DNA from: Myxococcota bacterium
GTDB taxonomy: Bacteria > Myxococcota_A > Polyangia > Nannocystales > Nannocystaceae
Length of the DNA: 64,000 nt
Reading direction: 5' to 3'
NCBI GenBank assembly: GCA_039028615.1
Contig: JBCCHT010000014.1
Location: forward strand, 128,001-192,000
Made by a program: the position numbers and the translations under genes. The notes under the pieces are model-generated. The model saw only the letters and a program-made list of their open reading frames with translations, was not told the DNA's origin and did no database searches. Below, one piece after another: positions 19,206 to 29,297 of this stretch (the stretch's first letter is position 1; the number at the start of each line of letters is the position of its first letter).

Positions 19206-20891
19206 CTATGGGCACTCGACGTCGGACTCGACCACGCCCTCGCGCCCCACGATGGTCGCGATGTCGGCACAATCGTCGGCGTCGAGCGCCGTTCCGGTCG
19301 CGATCACGGTGTCGCCACGACGGAAGGTTTCATTGGCCACCAGCGGCGCGAGATCGGACACCGTGGTGTCGCGAACGTCGAGCTCGGTGAGGATCTCGTG
19401 CATCTCGACCCCCTCGAGGCTGGTCAGCGGGTTGCCCGAGACGATCGCCGTGTTGAGCGAGGGCCAGCTGGCGAAGGCGTCGATGCGCTCGAGCATGTTG
19501 TCGCGCGCGGTGATCACCTCGATGAGGGGCAAGGCCGCCAGCGGGCTCAGGTCGGTGAGGCCCGCCGAGTCGATGCGCAGCGTCTGCAGGGTGGGCGCCA
19601 GGGCGATGTTGCCGAGGTCCTCGGCAGAAAGCGGCGTGCCGTTGAAGTTGACCGCCTCGATACCCGGCAGCTCGGCGAAGAACGCCAGGTCGACCACCTC
19701 GGCCTCGGTGAAGTTCAGCGAGCGAAGGACCTGCCTCCCCGCCAGCGCGGACATGTCCTGCCGCTGGCCGTAGCCGCCCGCGCCAAAGAAACCCAACAGC
19801 GGCAGCGTGCCCACGACGCTGAGGTCGGTGAGCCCTTCGTTGAAGCGCAGGTCGAGGTCGCGAAGCTCCGGCAAGCCGGCGATGGGCGACAGATCGGTGA
19901 CCTGATTGAGCGCCACCTGCAGGCGCTGCAGCTCCACCGCCCCGTCGACGTCCTCCAAGGAGGTGAGCGCGTTGTCCCCCAGGTCCAGCGTGCTCAGGGC
20001 GACCAGGTTCCGTACCCCGGCCGTGCTGGTGATCTGGTTTTCCTGGGCGACGATCCGGGTGATGCCGACCATCTGCTCGACGCCGGCCAGGCTCGTCAGC
20101 GCGTTGCGCGAGGCCTCGATCTCCTGCATGTCGACCGCGTCGCTCAGCGGCTCGAGGCTCGTGATCATGTTGCCGTCGAGGTCGACGAAGCGCAGGTTCA
20201 CCAGGCCCTCGAGGGGCTCGAGGCTGCGGATGGCGTTGTCGTCGAGCTCGAGGCCGATGAGGCGCTCGAGCCCCGCCAGGGCCTCGACGTCGGTCAGCTG
20301 ATTGCGCGACAGCACCAACACCGCCAGCTGGTCGAGGTCGCGGAGCGCCGACACGTCGGTCAGCTCGTTGCCCGACAGATCGAGGGTCTCCAGCTGCGTC
20401 AGGTTGGCCAGGGGCGACGCATTGGTGACCCCGTTCTCGTCGACCGCCAGGCGCGTGAGCCGATGCAGGGTGCCCAGCGCGGACAGGTCGGTGATCTGGT
20501 TGCCCGAAAGCTCGAGCTGCTCGAGCCCGGTCAGGTGCAGCAGCGGCTCGATGTTCGTGATCTCGTTGTCGGCCAGGCCGAGGCTCAGCAGGCCCTGCGC
20601 ACACTCGAGGCCGGACAGGTCCTGGATGCCCGCGCCCGGCAGGTTCAAGCCCCGCATCGATCGCAACAGCTCGGCCATGATGACCGGCTCGGGCTCTTCG
20701 GGGGGGTCTTCACCGTCGGGCGGCTCGGGCTGCGGCACGCGGGCCAGCAACGCCTCGCGCAGCACGGGATCGGGCACGTCGACCTCGCCGAGGCACAGCT
20801 CGATCTGATCGCCGCCCGCCAAGAAACCGGGGCCAGGCTCGGACGAGCACGCGGTGAGCATCGGGCCCATCGAGGCGAGCGCCACCACCAT
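19206..20891 (-). CDS. Internalin-like leucine-rich repeat lipoprotein
   Basis: LTAC lipobox; VPDPVLREAL cap; many 22-aa LxxLxLxxNxIxDLxxL repeats. Start uncertain. Confidence 0.85.
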   Translation of the reverse strand: MVVALASMGPMLTACSSEPGPGFLAGGDQIELCLGEVDVPDPVLREALLARVPQPEPPDGEDPPEEPEPVIMAELLRSMRGLNLPGAGIQDLSGLECAQGLLSLGLADNEITNIEPLLHLTGLEQLELSGNQITDLSALGTLHRLTRLAVDENGVTNASPLANLTQLETLDLSGNELTDVSALRDLDQLAVLVLSRNQLTDVEALAGLERLIGLELDDNAIRSLEPLEGLVNLRFVDLDGNMITSLEPLSDAVDMQEIEASRNALTSLAGVEQMVGITRIVAQENQITSTAGVRNLVALSTLDLGDNALTSLEDVDGAVELQRLQVALNQVTDLSPIAGLPELRDLDLRFNEGLTDLSVVGTLPLLGFFGAGGYGQRQDMSALAGRQVLRSLNFTEAEVVDLAFFAELPGIEAVNFNGTPLSAEDLGNIALAPTLQTLRIDSAGLTDLSPLAALPLIEVITARDNMLERIDAFASWPSLNTAIVSGNPLTSLEGVEMHEILTELDVRDTTVSDLAPLVANETFRRGDTVIATGTALDADDCADIATIVGREGVVESDVECP

Positions 20892-21177
20892 CGAACGGCT
20901 GAGGTTGCGCCCGTGTCTCGTACGACTGGTCCCGGTCACGGCCACAACGCTAGCTCGGATCGCCCGTGGGGAAAATGGCGGTTGCGTCGCTTCTGCCACC
21001 GAGGGACCCATGCTCCGTGCCGGCCCCGCCGAGATCGGCCACGACCGGGGGTCCAACGCCCCCTAGGGCCACGATTGAACGGAGCCCCTCGCCCGGCGAT
21101 CGTGGCGACCCGGTGGTGCACGCGCAGCGTAATGAAACCGGGGCAGCCGGCAACAAGGATTCGTAGCGGTGCTGCCC

Positions 21178-21729
21178 ATGCTCGAGACTTCCGGTCCTTC
21201 ACTCCATCGCCAAAGCAATCCTCGCTGGCTCCGTCGCCGTGTGCCCCTGGCCTTGGCCCTGGGCGGCGTGATGCTCGGCGAACCCGCCTTGGGCACGACG
21301 CGGGCCGCCCTGGCCAACGCCGACGCCACCGAGGAATCGAAGGCCGTGCTGCTCGATGTCGTGAACCTGCGGCTGGACATCGCGGTCGAGGGACGCCGGG
21401 TCGGCCGCATCAACCGCCTGGTCGCCTTCGACACCACCACCGTGATGGCGTTGGAGGCGGGGCAGCGCCACGAGGTCACCGTGCTCGTGCACCGGGTCGA
21501 CGACGGCGACCAGCTCGAGGTCACCGTGGCCTATCGCCGCGACGACGAATCGATGATCCAGCGGCGCACGGTGCAAACGACGGCGGACCGCCTCGAGGTG
21601 GTCCGCAACCGAGACGCGCGCCTGCGGCTCAAGATGTACGAGACCAAGGTCCCGCCGAGCGAGCTACCGCCCGCGCGACCGCGACTCGAGTACGAGCAGG
21701 GCTCCGACGATCCGCTCGCCGGCTTGTGA
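21178..21729 (+). CDS. Hypothetical exported protein
   Basis: Basic/hydrophobic N-terminus (RRRVPLALALGG) and beta-rich body; start uncertain. Confidence 0.6.
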   Translation: MLETSGPSLHRQSNPRWLRRRVPLALALGGVMLGEPALGTTRAALANADATEESKAVLLDVVNLRLDIAVEGRRVGRINRLVAFDTTTVMALEAGQRHEVTVLVHRVDDGDQLEVTVAYRRDDESMIQRRTVQTTADRLEVVRNRDARLRLKMYETKVPPSELPPARPRLEYEQGSDDPLAGL

Positions 21730-21738
21730 GCGGCCCGC

Positions 21739-23901
21739 TCAGACGGGCACGGTGACCAGCGTGGATCCCTCGAGGCGCTCTTGCAGCGCCTGCACGTCCT
21801 CGGTAGAGACGCCGTAGTCGCCGATCATCACGATGTGCCCGCGGAAGCCGTGGCGCTCGTGGAATGCCACCAGCGTGTCCATGGCCTGGTGTAACCGGCT
21901 CTGCGTCGGGTCTCCCGTCTGCGGCGCCAGGGCCAGGAACATGCGGATGTCGTCGGGGGCCAGCTCGGTGAGCTCGGTATGGATGCGCACCGCGTTGCCC
22001 TCGATCCCCGCGGGCCGCAGCGAGTCGCGATCGATGCGATAGACGTACTCCCGCCCGACCGATCCGGTCATGTGGAAGACCACGACCTGTTTGTAGGGAA
22101 TGCCAGTGGTGCGGCTCTGGGCGCGGGCCAGGTCGAGGGCATGCTGGATGAGCCGCCCCATGCGGACGCCACCCACCGCCACCACGATGGTGCGGGCCCC
22201 CGTCTCGATCTCGTCGCCTTCGACCGTCTCGATGACCCGCCGGAAGTAGCGATAGCCCGTGCGGATGAGCTGGCGATGGTTGTAGCTGAGCAGCACCACG
22301 CCCACCATCACGCCGACCACGGTGAGCAGGGCCTGGAGGCTGCGGATCTGCTCGGCGTAGCGCGCGTAGAGGCCGAGCAGCGCAAAGGACAGGAAGGCGA
22401 TGCCGACGATCGCCCCTACGGGCACGCGGGTGCCGGAGATCTTGACGTTGACGGGCGCCCAGTAGATCCGCGGGTCGGCGGCCTTGAAGCGGCGCAGCAG
22501 GATGAACGCGACCACGCCCGAGAACATCACCAGGCCGAAGGTCGCCCCGTACCAGCGCTCGAGGATCTCGACGTCGGCGTCGCCCTCCCAGCACAGCGCG
22601 AAGATGGCCACCAGCATCAGGATGTTGACCCGCGAGAACGCGCCGCGCTCGTTGGTGTCGAGCACCCGTCGCGGGAGCAGGCTGTCGCGCGCCATCGTGA
22701 CCCACAGGCCGCGAGCGCCCGCGAAGCCGGTATTGGTCGCGCCCAGCAGCATCAGCGCCGCGTTGGCCACGATGACCACGTTCCAGATCTCGCCCAGCGT
22801 CTCCGAGCCCGTGACCCCCGTGACCGAGACCTTGCCCAGCACGGCGAGCAGGTAGCCGGAGGCGCCCACCAGCTGGGCCGGCGGCAGCACGAGGAACACC
22901 AGCAGGGACAGCGAGCCGCCGATGACCAGCAGGATGCCGAGCATCCAGTAGTAGATCCGCCGCACGTCGCGACGCGGTCGCTCGAGCTCCTCGGGAATGT
23001 TCATCACCGACTCGACCCCGGAGGCGCCGAGGATGGACGAGCCCAGGGCGGCGGGAATGAGCGCCGCGCCGAGGGTGGCGAAGCCGGGCAGGTAGCTCGC
23101 GGTGCTGTGGCCCAGGCCGTGCTCGGCCGCGGCGCGGTGGGGCGAGACGTCGGCCGACAGATCGAGCTGGGCCCCCTGCACGAAGGCCTCGAAGTTCCCG
23201 CCGTGCATCGCCACGTACACCGCCCCCATCGCGATGGTGATGCCCATGACCGCCAGGTTGAACAGGAAGATGGTGCGGCTGACCTGGACGCTCTCGCGCA
23301 GTCCGTAGTTGTTGAGCGTGTACAGCAGCATCAGCGGGGCGAGCATCACCACCACCCCGGCCGGGAACACGGCCGACAGCGCCAACGCGATCAACGAGGT
23401 CAGCAGCACGGTGACCACCGTGCGTCGCCACTGGCCGGGCATGACCCAGATGCCGAAACCCAGCGCGGGAATGGCCGACAGCCCGATCGCCGCCGCCACC
23501 TGGCCCCACGGCAAGGCCGAGGCCAACGAGGTCACGTAGTCGCTGAAGCTCAGCAGGCTGACGATGGCCGTGGCCACATAGGAAAACGAGATGATGACGC
23601 CGACCAGCGCCGCGGCCCCGATGGCCAGCTTGCCCAGGTGCGACAGGGCGTAGCGGGTCATCACGTAGGTGCCGCCGTTGCTCAGCGTCAGCAGCACCGC
23701 CTCGATGTACAGCGGCGCCAGCAGAAACAGCAGGCCATACAGGCCGATCTGAAACGCGGGCGTGGCATAGCCGACCCCGGCCACGATGAGCGCGCCCGAC
23801 GAGTAGTAGGGCGAGGTCAGCGGGTCGGGGCCGACGAGATAGAGCCCCTCCTTCCAGGAGAGCTTGGGCTGCTCGTGGGTCGAGGGGCTCGATTCGGCCA
23901 T
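21739..23901 (-). CDS. APC-family permease with C-terminal cytoplasmic USP-like domain (KimA/YdaO-like)
   Basis: Many TM helices; GPDPLTSPYY, NGGTYVM, SGVESVMN; C-terminal TIVVAVGG domain. Confidence 0.8.
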   Translation of the reverse strand: MAESSPSTHEQPKLSWKEGLYLVGPDPLTSPYYSSGALIVAGVGYATPAFQIGLYGLLFLLAPLYIEAVLLTLSNGGTYVMTRYALSHLGKLAIGAAALVGVIISFSYVATAIVSLLSFSDYVTSLASALPWGQVAAAIGLSAIPALGFGIWVMPGQWRRTVVTVLLTSLIALALSAVFPAGVVVMLAPLMLLYTLNNYGLRESVQVSRTIFLFNLAVMGITIAMGAVYVAMHGGNFEAFVQGAQLDLSADVSPHRAAAEHGLGHSTASYLPGFATLGAALIPAALGSSILGASGVESVMNIPEELERPRRDVRRIYYWMLGILLVIGGSLSLLVFLVLPPAQLVGASGYLLAVLGKVSVTGVTGSETLGEIWNVVIVANAALMLLGATNTGFAGARGLWVTMARDSLLPRRVLDTNERGAFSRVNILMLVAIFALCWEGDADVEILERWYGATFGLVMFSGVVAFILLRRFKAADPRIYWAPVNVKISGTRVPVGAIVGIAFLSFALLGLYARYAEQIRSLQALLTVVGVMVGVVLLSYNHRQLIRTGYRYFRRVIETVEGDEIETGARTIVVAVGGVRMGRLIQHALDLARAQSRTTGIPYKQVVVFHMTGSVGREYVYRIDRDSLRPAGIEGNAVRIHTELTELAPDDIRMFLALAPQTGDPTQSRLHQAMDTLVAFHERHGFRGHIVMIGDYGVSTEDVQALQERLEGSTLVTVPV

Positions 23902-23913
23902 GGGCCAGGGCGC

Positions 23914-25368
23914 CTAGAGACCGGGGATGACCGGGGGCGCACCACCAGGGGCGCCAGCCGGGGCGGCACCGCCAGCGTCGGCCGGCGCGTCCTTGAACAG
24001 CTCGTCGCGCTCCTTGTGCATCTGCGTGAAGCTCGAGTCCGAGATCACGTAAAACCACTGGTTGAAGCGGGCCTGGAGCTTGCCGGCCTTCTCTTGCGAC
24101 TCGGCCATCTTGGCCTTGTCACCCTCGGCGTCGATGGGCTCGCTGGCCCCCTCGCCTTCCCCGGCGGGATCGGTGAGCCCGGCCAGGCGCGTGTCCATGG
24201 CCGGGTTGTAGCCCACGTCCACGAACATGTAGCGGCTGGCGACCTTCTTGTCGTCGGCCTCCTCGTCCTTGCCCTGCTCCTCGACGCCCTCTTCCACGAC
24301 GCCCTTGTCGTCGTCGGGCGAGCCGGTGGGTGCCCCGGCGGTCAGGTCGATGCCCGTCTCGTAGGTCACCTCGCCGAAGTACAGCGTGTACTCGACCCCG
24401 TCGTCGGTGGCCGCGCTCAGCTTCCCCTCGTTGCCGAAGATCGCCTGCTCGCCGCTGGGACCGGTGGCGACGAAGAAGCCCTTGCGCGCCATGTCCTGGC
24501 GGGCGATCTGCTGCTGGAGCAGGCCCTGGACCTGGGGCCGCGGGCGCACGCCCACGATCTTGAGGTTGGCCATGGCCGTGAGCACCTGACGCAGCTTGGT
24601 GCTGTCGAGCACTTTGCCCTCGGGCACCTCGATGCCCTCGAGCAGCGCCCACTCGCGGCGGTTGGCGGGGTCGATGACCTTGGCCGCAACCGGCTGGAAG
24701 CCGGTCACGCGCCCCTCGACCTCGTCGACGGTGTAGGGGTCGTAGATCATCAGGTGGAACTCGTCGCGCTCCACCCCGAGCAAGTCTTTTTCGATCCAGT
24801 CCTCGAAGCTCGTGGAGATGTCGAGCTCGAGCTTGGATCCGTAGACCCGCTTGCTGTCCTCGCCCGGCTCGCGGACGTAGTAGTAGCCCGACCTCCCCTC
24901 GATCTCATTGCCCACGATGATGTCGACGAGCACCGTGTCGGCGGCGTCTTTGATCGTGATGCGCTGGCCCTTCTCGTCGGCCTCGCCCTCGGTCGCCTCG
25001 GGATCGATGACCCCGTACGCGCCGTGGTTGGCGGGGTTGTCCCCGTAGTAGCGGTCCTTCTTCACGTCGATGAAGGAGGCGGCCGCCTTGCCCATGCGAG
25101 CGGTGCCGTCGGCGGGATAGTCGTTGTGGCTGGGGATGACCCAGCGCCCCTCGGTCTGGCTGACCGAGAAGCTCACGACCCGCGCCTCGTCCTCGTTCCA
25201 CGCGACGATCTCGAGCTGAGTCGCCGTGGTGGGGTCGGTGAAGTCGGGGAACAGCGCCTCGCCCGTGTCCTCGAACTGGACGTCGGGGAGGGGCTGGGGA
25301 CGCATGCTGTAGGCCGCCCCGGCGCTACCCAGGGCGAGGACGACCATGATGATGGTGTTGCGATTCAT
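23914..25368 (-). CDS. DUF4340-domain protein
   Basis: N-terminal anchor; WVIPSHNDYPAD, YYVREPG, DWIEKDLL; typical position after a GldG-like gene. Confidence 0.8.
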   Translation of the reverse strand: MNRNTIIMVVLALGSAGAAYSMRPQPLPDVQFEDTGEALFPDFTDPTTATQLEIVAWNEDEARVVSFSVSQTEGRWVIPSHNDYPADGTARMGKAAASFIDVKKDRYYGDNPANHGAYGVIDPEATEGEADEKGQRITIKDAADTVLVDIIVGNEIEGRSGYYYVREPGEDSKRVYGSKLELDISTSFEDWIEKDLLGVERDEFHLMIYDPYTVDEVEGRVTGFQPVAAKVIDPANRREWALLEGIEVPEGKVLDSTKLRQVLTAMANLKIVGVRPRPQVQGLLQQQIARQDMARKGFFVATGPSGEQAIFGNEGKLSAATDDGVEYTLYFGEVTYETGIDLTAGAPTGSPDDDKGVVEEGVEEQGKDEEADDKKVASRYMFVDVGYNPAMDTRLAGLTDPAGEGEGASEPIDAEGDKAKMAESQEKAGKLQARFNQWFYVISDSSFTQMHKERDELFKDAPADAGGAAPAGAPGGAPPVIPGL

Positions 25369-25389
25369 CGTTTCGTCTCCGTCCCCGGC

Positions 25390-27366
25390 TCAGGCCTTGG
25401 CACTGCGGCTTTTCGGGATGGTCTCGGTTTCGCGGCGACGCCGACGAACCAGGATGACGAGCGCGAGCAACAGCGCCGGGATCGGGGGCAGCACGACCGC
25501 CAGCAAGCGGATGCGGTCCTGGACCTCGTCGATGGTGCGCTTGTGCTCGGTCTCGATGCGATTGATCGACTTGGCCTTGTCGCGGTTGATGCGGGCCTCT
25601 TTGACCTTGAGGCGCCGCGACTCGGCCGCCTGCGCGCTCTCGGCCATGATCTCTTTGGTGTTCTCGTCGAGATCGGTGCGCGCGCGGATCTTGTCGACCA
25701 TCGCGTCGAGCGCCTTCTGGGCCTCGTCGAGCTCCTCGTCCGCCTTCTTGTTGGCCTCCTCGCGCTCCTTCTGGAGCGTGTCGTGGGCCTCTTGAGTTTG
25801 CTCGTCGACCCAGGTCAGGCGGCGGAACTTCTGCTGCCGCTTGCGCAGCTCGATGAAGCGATCGTCGCCCGCGAGCGAGTCGACCGCGTTGAGCAGGAAG
25901 GTGACGTTGTCGAAGCGCAGGTCGATGAGACCGTCGCCGTTGGTGTCGCCGCCGCGCTCGCGCAGCTGGAAGAACTGGTCGTGGAACAGGTCGAGGTCGG
26001 CGACCACGATGACGTTGCGGTCTTTGGGTGCCGTCTCGCCCTCGGCCGCCTGGCCCCCGCCGCCGCCGGAGATGCGCGCCGCCATGACGGTGCTGGTCCC
26101 GGTGATGGGGGAGCCCTTGGCCCGCGGGTTCATCTGCAGCCCGAACAGCGGGTGCGAGCTGACCATCTCCTCGAACAGGAAGTAGCCCGAGCTGCGGCCC
26201 GTCTGGAGCAGCGGCGTGAACTGACCGGTGAAGCTCGCCGACTTGCGAAGCTCACCGCCGAAGAGCACGACGATCTCGCTGAGGCCGGCCACCACCGGGT
26301 CCACGCCTTCGCCCTCGAAGGGGTCGAAGCCGCCCGGTCGCTCGCCCACGAACACCACCCGGTTGGGCACCTCGGAGAAGCTCGGGTGCGGGTTGTAGGT
26401 GTCGTAGACGATGTGGTCGTCGGCCCAGTCGACGCCGATGCCCGCGAGCATGCCGCGGAAGTCACCCTTGGGCTGGGCCGGGGGCTGACCGCCCATCATG
26501 CCGCCCATGCCTCCGCCTTGCGGGTTGGGCTTGGGCTGGCTGGGCGCGAGCCCGGGGTTGAAGGTGGGGAACGGGTCGACGGTGAGCAAGGCCGGACGGC
26601 CTGCGTCGACGTACTCGCGCACCTTGTCCAGCTCGGCCTGGGTCAGGCTGGCCAGCTGCGGGACCAGCAGCACGTCCACGTCCTCGGGAATGGCGGCCGT
26701 GGGGTTGAGGCTGCGGACCTCGTACTGCTTGCGCAGCTCGGCCACGATGGCCCACGCGGGCTGCTGCTGCCGGGTCTGCATGTCGAAGTTGCCCATGATG
26801 GGCGCGTCCGTGCGCAGGATGCCGACGACTCGCTTCTTCTCCTCGGTGACGACCTGGAGCGCGCGGATGATCTCGTACTCGACGGACAGACCGGCGCTGA
26901 GGAAGGGCACCACCTCTTCACGCGGACCGCTGACGAAGGCCAGGCCCAGGAAGGTGGGGATGAAGTCGAGGCGGCCGCCCTCTTGGTTGGGCAGCTCGCG
27001 GGGGAAGATGCCGTACTTCTCGAGCGCCTCCTCGGCGTCGAGCGAGTACTCCTTGGGCTCCACGATGCGAACCTGGAGGCCGGGGCCGCCGGAGCTCTCC
27101 ATCTCGCGCAGGATGTTGAGCAGGCGCGAGCGGACCTCGACGTAGTCGCGAGGCACCTCTTTGGACACGTAGGCGTGCACCGTGACCGGGCGATCGGTCT
27201 CGATGCCCTCGATGAGCTTCAGCGTGTCCGGAGTGAGCTGGGACAGCCCCTCCTCGGTCAGGTCGCTCCGTACGTGGGAGCGCTGCCCCATGAACGCGAC
27301 CGAGACCGTAATGACGATCAGCGCCAGCAGGCGGATCAATCGATGATGGCGTGCAGTGAGAGCCAT
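25390..27366 (-). CDS. GldG-family ABC transporter auxiliary component
   Basis: RSDLTEEGLSQL, EYEIIRAL, VIVVADLD, NVTFLLNAVDSLAGDDRFIELR, coiled coil and C-terminal TM. Confidence 0.88.
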   Translation of the reverse strand: MALTARHHRLIRLLALIVITVSVAFMGQRSHVRSDLTEEGLSQLTPDTLKLIEGIETDRPVTVHAYVSKEVPRDYVEVRSRLLNILREMESSGGPGLQVRIVEPKEYSLDAEEALEKYGIFPRELPNQEGGRLDFIPTFLGLAFVSGPREEVVPFLSAGLSVEYEIIRALQVVTEEKKRVVGILRTDAPIMGNFDMQTRQQQPAWAIVAELRKQYEVRSLNPTAAIPEDVDVLLVPQLASLTQAELDKVREYVDAGRPALLTVDPFPTFNPGLAPSQPKPNPQGGGMGGMMGGQPPAQPKGDFRGMLAGIGVDWADDHIVYDTYNPHPSFSEVPNRVVFVGERPGGFDPFEGEGVDPVVAGLSEIVVLFGGELRKSASFTGQFTPLLQTGRSSGYFLFEEMVSSHPLFGLQMNPRAKGSPITGTSTVMAARISGGGGGQAAEGETAPKDRNVIVVADLDLFHDQFFQLRERGGDTNGDGLIDLRFDNVTFLLNAVDSLAGDDRFIELRKRQQKFRRLTWVDEQTQEAHDTLQKEREEANKKADEELDEAQKALDAMVDKIRARTDLDENTKEIMAESAQAAESRRLKVKEARINRDKAKSINRIETEHKRTIDEVQDRIRLLAVVLPPIPALLLALVILVRRRRRETETIPKSRSAKA

Positions 27367-27368
27367 GG

Positions 27369-28286
27369 CTACCAGTGCCTCCGTCCGAGAAGGAATGCGC
27401 AGAAGTAGAGCAGCACGACCACTCCACCCAAGAAGTAGGAGACGTCGCCGAGGCGCATGACGCCCTCGCCGAAGCTCTCGAAGTGGTCACCGACCGACAG
27501 GGACGCGAAGAACTCCTGGAACTGGCTGCTGAGGTCGGTGATGGCCTCGCCGTTCTCGTAGTACTCCTCGTCGCTGGTGGTGAAGCGCCGCGACTGCCAC
27601 ATCAGGGCACCAGCGGCGAGACCCACCACGCCGAACAGCACGGTGGACAGCGACCCGCGACCGGCCAGTACGTAGCCGATGAGGGTGAACAGGACGCCGA
27701 TGATGGTCACGCCCACCAGGCCGGACGCCCAGGGAGTGGAGCCGGCGACGACCAGCGACAGGCACCCGGTCGCGCCCAGGATGAACGCCACCGTGGTGTT
27801 GAGGGTGAGCATCGAGCCCACCAGGCCGATGGCCGCGAACAGCAGGCCGATGAACCAGTACCCGGCGAAGGTCGAGAACATCAGGCCCTTGTCGGGCTCA
27901 CCGAGCACGCTCAGCACCGTCAGCTGGGCCACCGAGGTCAGCGCCAGCGACAGGGTGAACATGCCGACCACGCCGAGATACTTACCCAGCACCACCTCGC
28001 CGTCGCGGATGGGCAGGGTCATGAGCAGCTCGTCGGTGCCCGCCTGCCGCTCCCGCGCCCACGCATCCATCGTGATGGCGGGCACGAAGAACATCAGAAT
28101 GAGCGGCATGATGGGGTTCAGCGTCGCCAGGTCGGCGAGGTTGCGGGAGAAGAACCCCTCCTGCAGGAACGCCGCCGAGCCCGTGGCGAGGATGAACAAC
28201 GTGATGAACACGTAGCCGGTGGGATTGCCGAGGTAGGCGCGCATGTCCTTGCGGAAGATCGCGCTCACCACCTTGAAGTCGAGCAT
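27369..28286 (-). CDS. ABC-2 permease (GldF-like)
   Basis: IFRKDMRAYLGNPTGYVF, PAITM..WARERQAGTDELLMTLP, VVLGKYLG, HFESFGEGV. Confidence 0.9.
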   Translation of the reverse strand: MLDFKVVSAIFRKDMRAYLGNPTGYVFITLFILATGSAAFLQEGFFSRNLADLATLNPIMPLILMFFVPAITMDAWARERQAGTDELLMTLPIRDGEVVLGKYLGVVGMFTLSLALTSVAQLTVLSVLGEPDKGLMFSTFAGYWFIGLLFAAIGLVGSMLTLNTTVAFILGATGCLSLVVAGSTPWASGLVGVTIIGVLFTLIGYVLAGRGSLSTVLFGVVGLAAGALMWQSRRFTTSDEEYYENGEAITDLSSQFQEFFASLSVGDHFESFGEGVMRLGDVSYFLGGVVVLLYFCAFLLGRRHW

Positions 28287-29050
28287 CAGGCCACCTCCTT
28301 GTCTTCGTCTTGCGTCTTGCCGCCGGCCAGGTCGACGAAGCGCTCCTCGAGGGTGCCGTCGGCCGAAAGCTCGTCTTTGGTGCCCGTGAAGACCACGCGA
28401 CCTTCGCTGATCATCACGACCTCGCTGGCGACCGCCTCGACCTCCTGGAGGATGTGGGTCGACAGCAAGATGGTCTTGTTCTGCCCCAGCTCGATGATGA
28501 GGTCCCGGACCTCCCGGATCTGTAGAGGATCCAGACCGGAGGTGGGCTCATCGAGGATCAGCACGTCGGGGTCGTGCAGCAGGGCCTGAGCCATGCCCAC
28601 GCGCTGCCGATAACCCTTCGAGAGCTTGTGGATGGGCTTGTGCAGGACATCCCCCACCGCGCATTGCTGGACCACGCGGTCGATGGCGGCCAGGGGCTTG
28701 TCCACCGCCCGGATGTCGGAGAAGAAGCTGAGCGCCTCGAACGGCGTCATGTCGCGGTACAGCGGTCCGCTCTCGGGCAGATACCCGAGGGACCGTGCGA
28801 GCTCGCGACGCTGCTCCCCGTCGGAAGGGTCCCGCCCCATGACCTCGGCGCTGCCCGAAGTCGCCGAAGAAAACCCGGTCAGGATCTTCATCGTGGTGGA
28901 CTTGCCCGCGCCGTTGGGCCCGAGGAACGCACAGACCGTGCCTTTGCGTACCTCGAAGCTGACCTTGGAGAGCGCGGCAAACTCCCCGTACAGCTTGGTG
29001 ATCTCGTTCGCCCGGATGGTTACCGGACGTGCCTTTTGGTCTTTGGCCAT
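28286..29050 (-). CDS. ABC transporter ATP-binding protein (GldA-like)
   Basis: GPNGAGKS, LSKGYRQRVG, LILDEPTSGLDP, STH. Start at MAKDQK. Confidence 0.93.
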   Translation of the reverse strand: MAKDQKARPVTIRANEITKLYGEFAALSKVSFEVRKGTVCAFLGPNGAGKSTTMKILTGFSSATSGSAEVMGRDPSDGEQRRELARSLGYLPESGPLYRDMTPFEALSFFSDIRAVDKPLAAIDRVVQQCAVGDVLHKPIHKLSKGYRQRVGMAQALLHDPDVLILDEPTSGLDPLQIREVRDLIIELGQNKTILLSTHILQEVEAVASEVVMISEGRVVFTGTKDELSADGTLEERFVDLAGGKTQDEDKEVA

Positions 29051-29297
29051 GAATCGGTCTGCCTCGTTCGTCCCGCCCGGCCGAAGGTCCCCGATGGACG
29101 GGCCAGCGACGGGATTGCGTCTGGTCCGCGCCATTGGCGCAGGACACGCGGCGCATAGTTTTGTCGGGTCGGCGAATGTACGCAAGGGGCCGCGCGCAGG
29201 AGATGTCCCACAAACAAAGCGGGATCGTCGCGGCGTGCCTCGCGGGCCCTCGCGAACAATTTCGGCGAATGCGACGCGAGGGCTAGGGTGCGAGGCA

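Noticed and set aside
21979..27408. 1809-aa plus-strand ORF
   Set aside because: Antisense shadow of the GldG/DUF4340/APC genes. High GC3 suppresses stops on the opposite strand, and it has no protein motifs.
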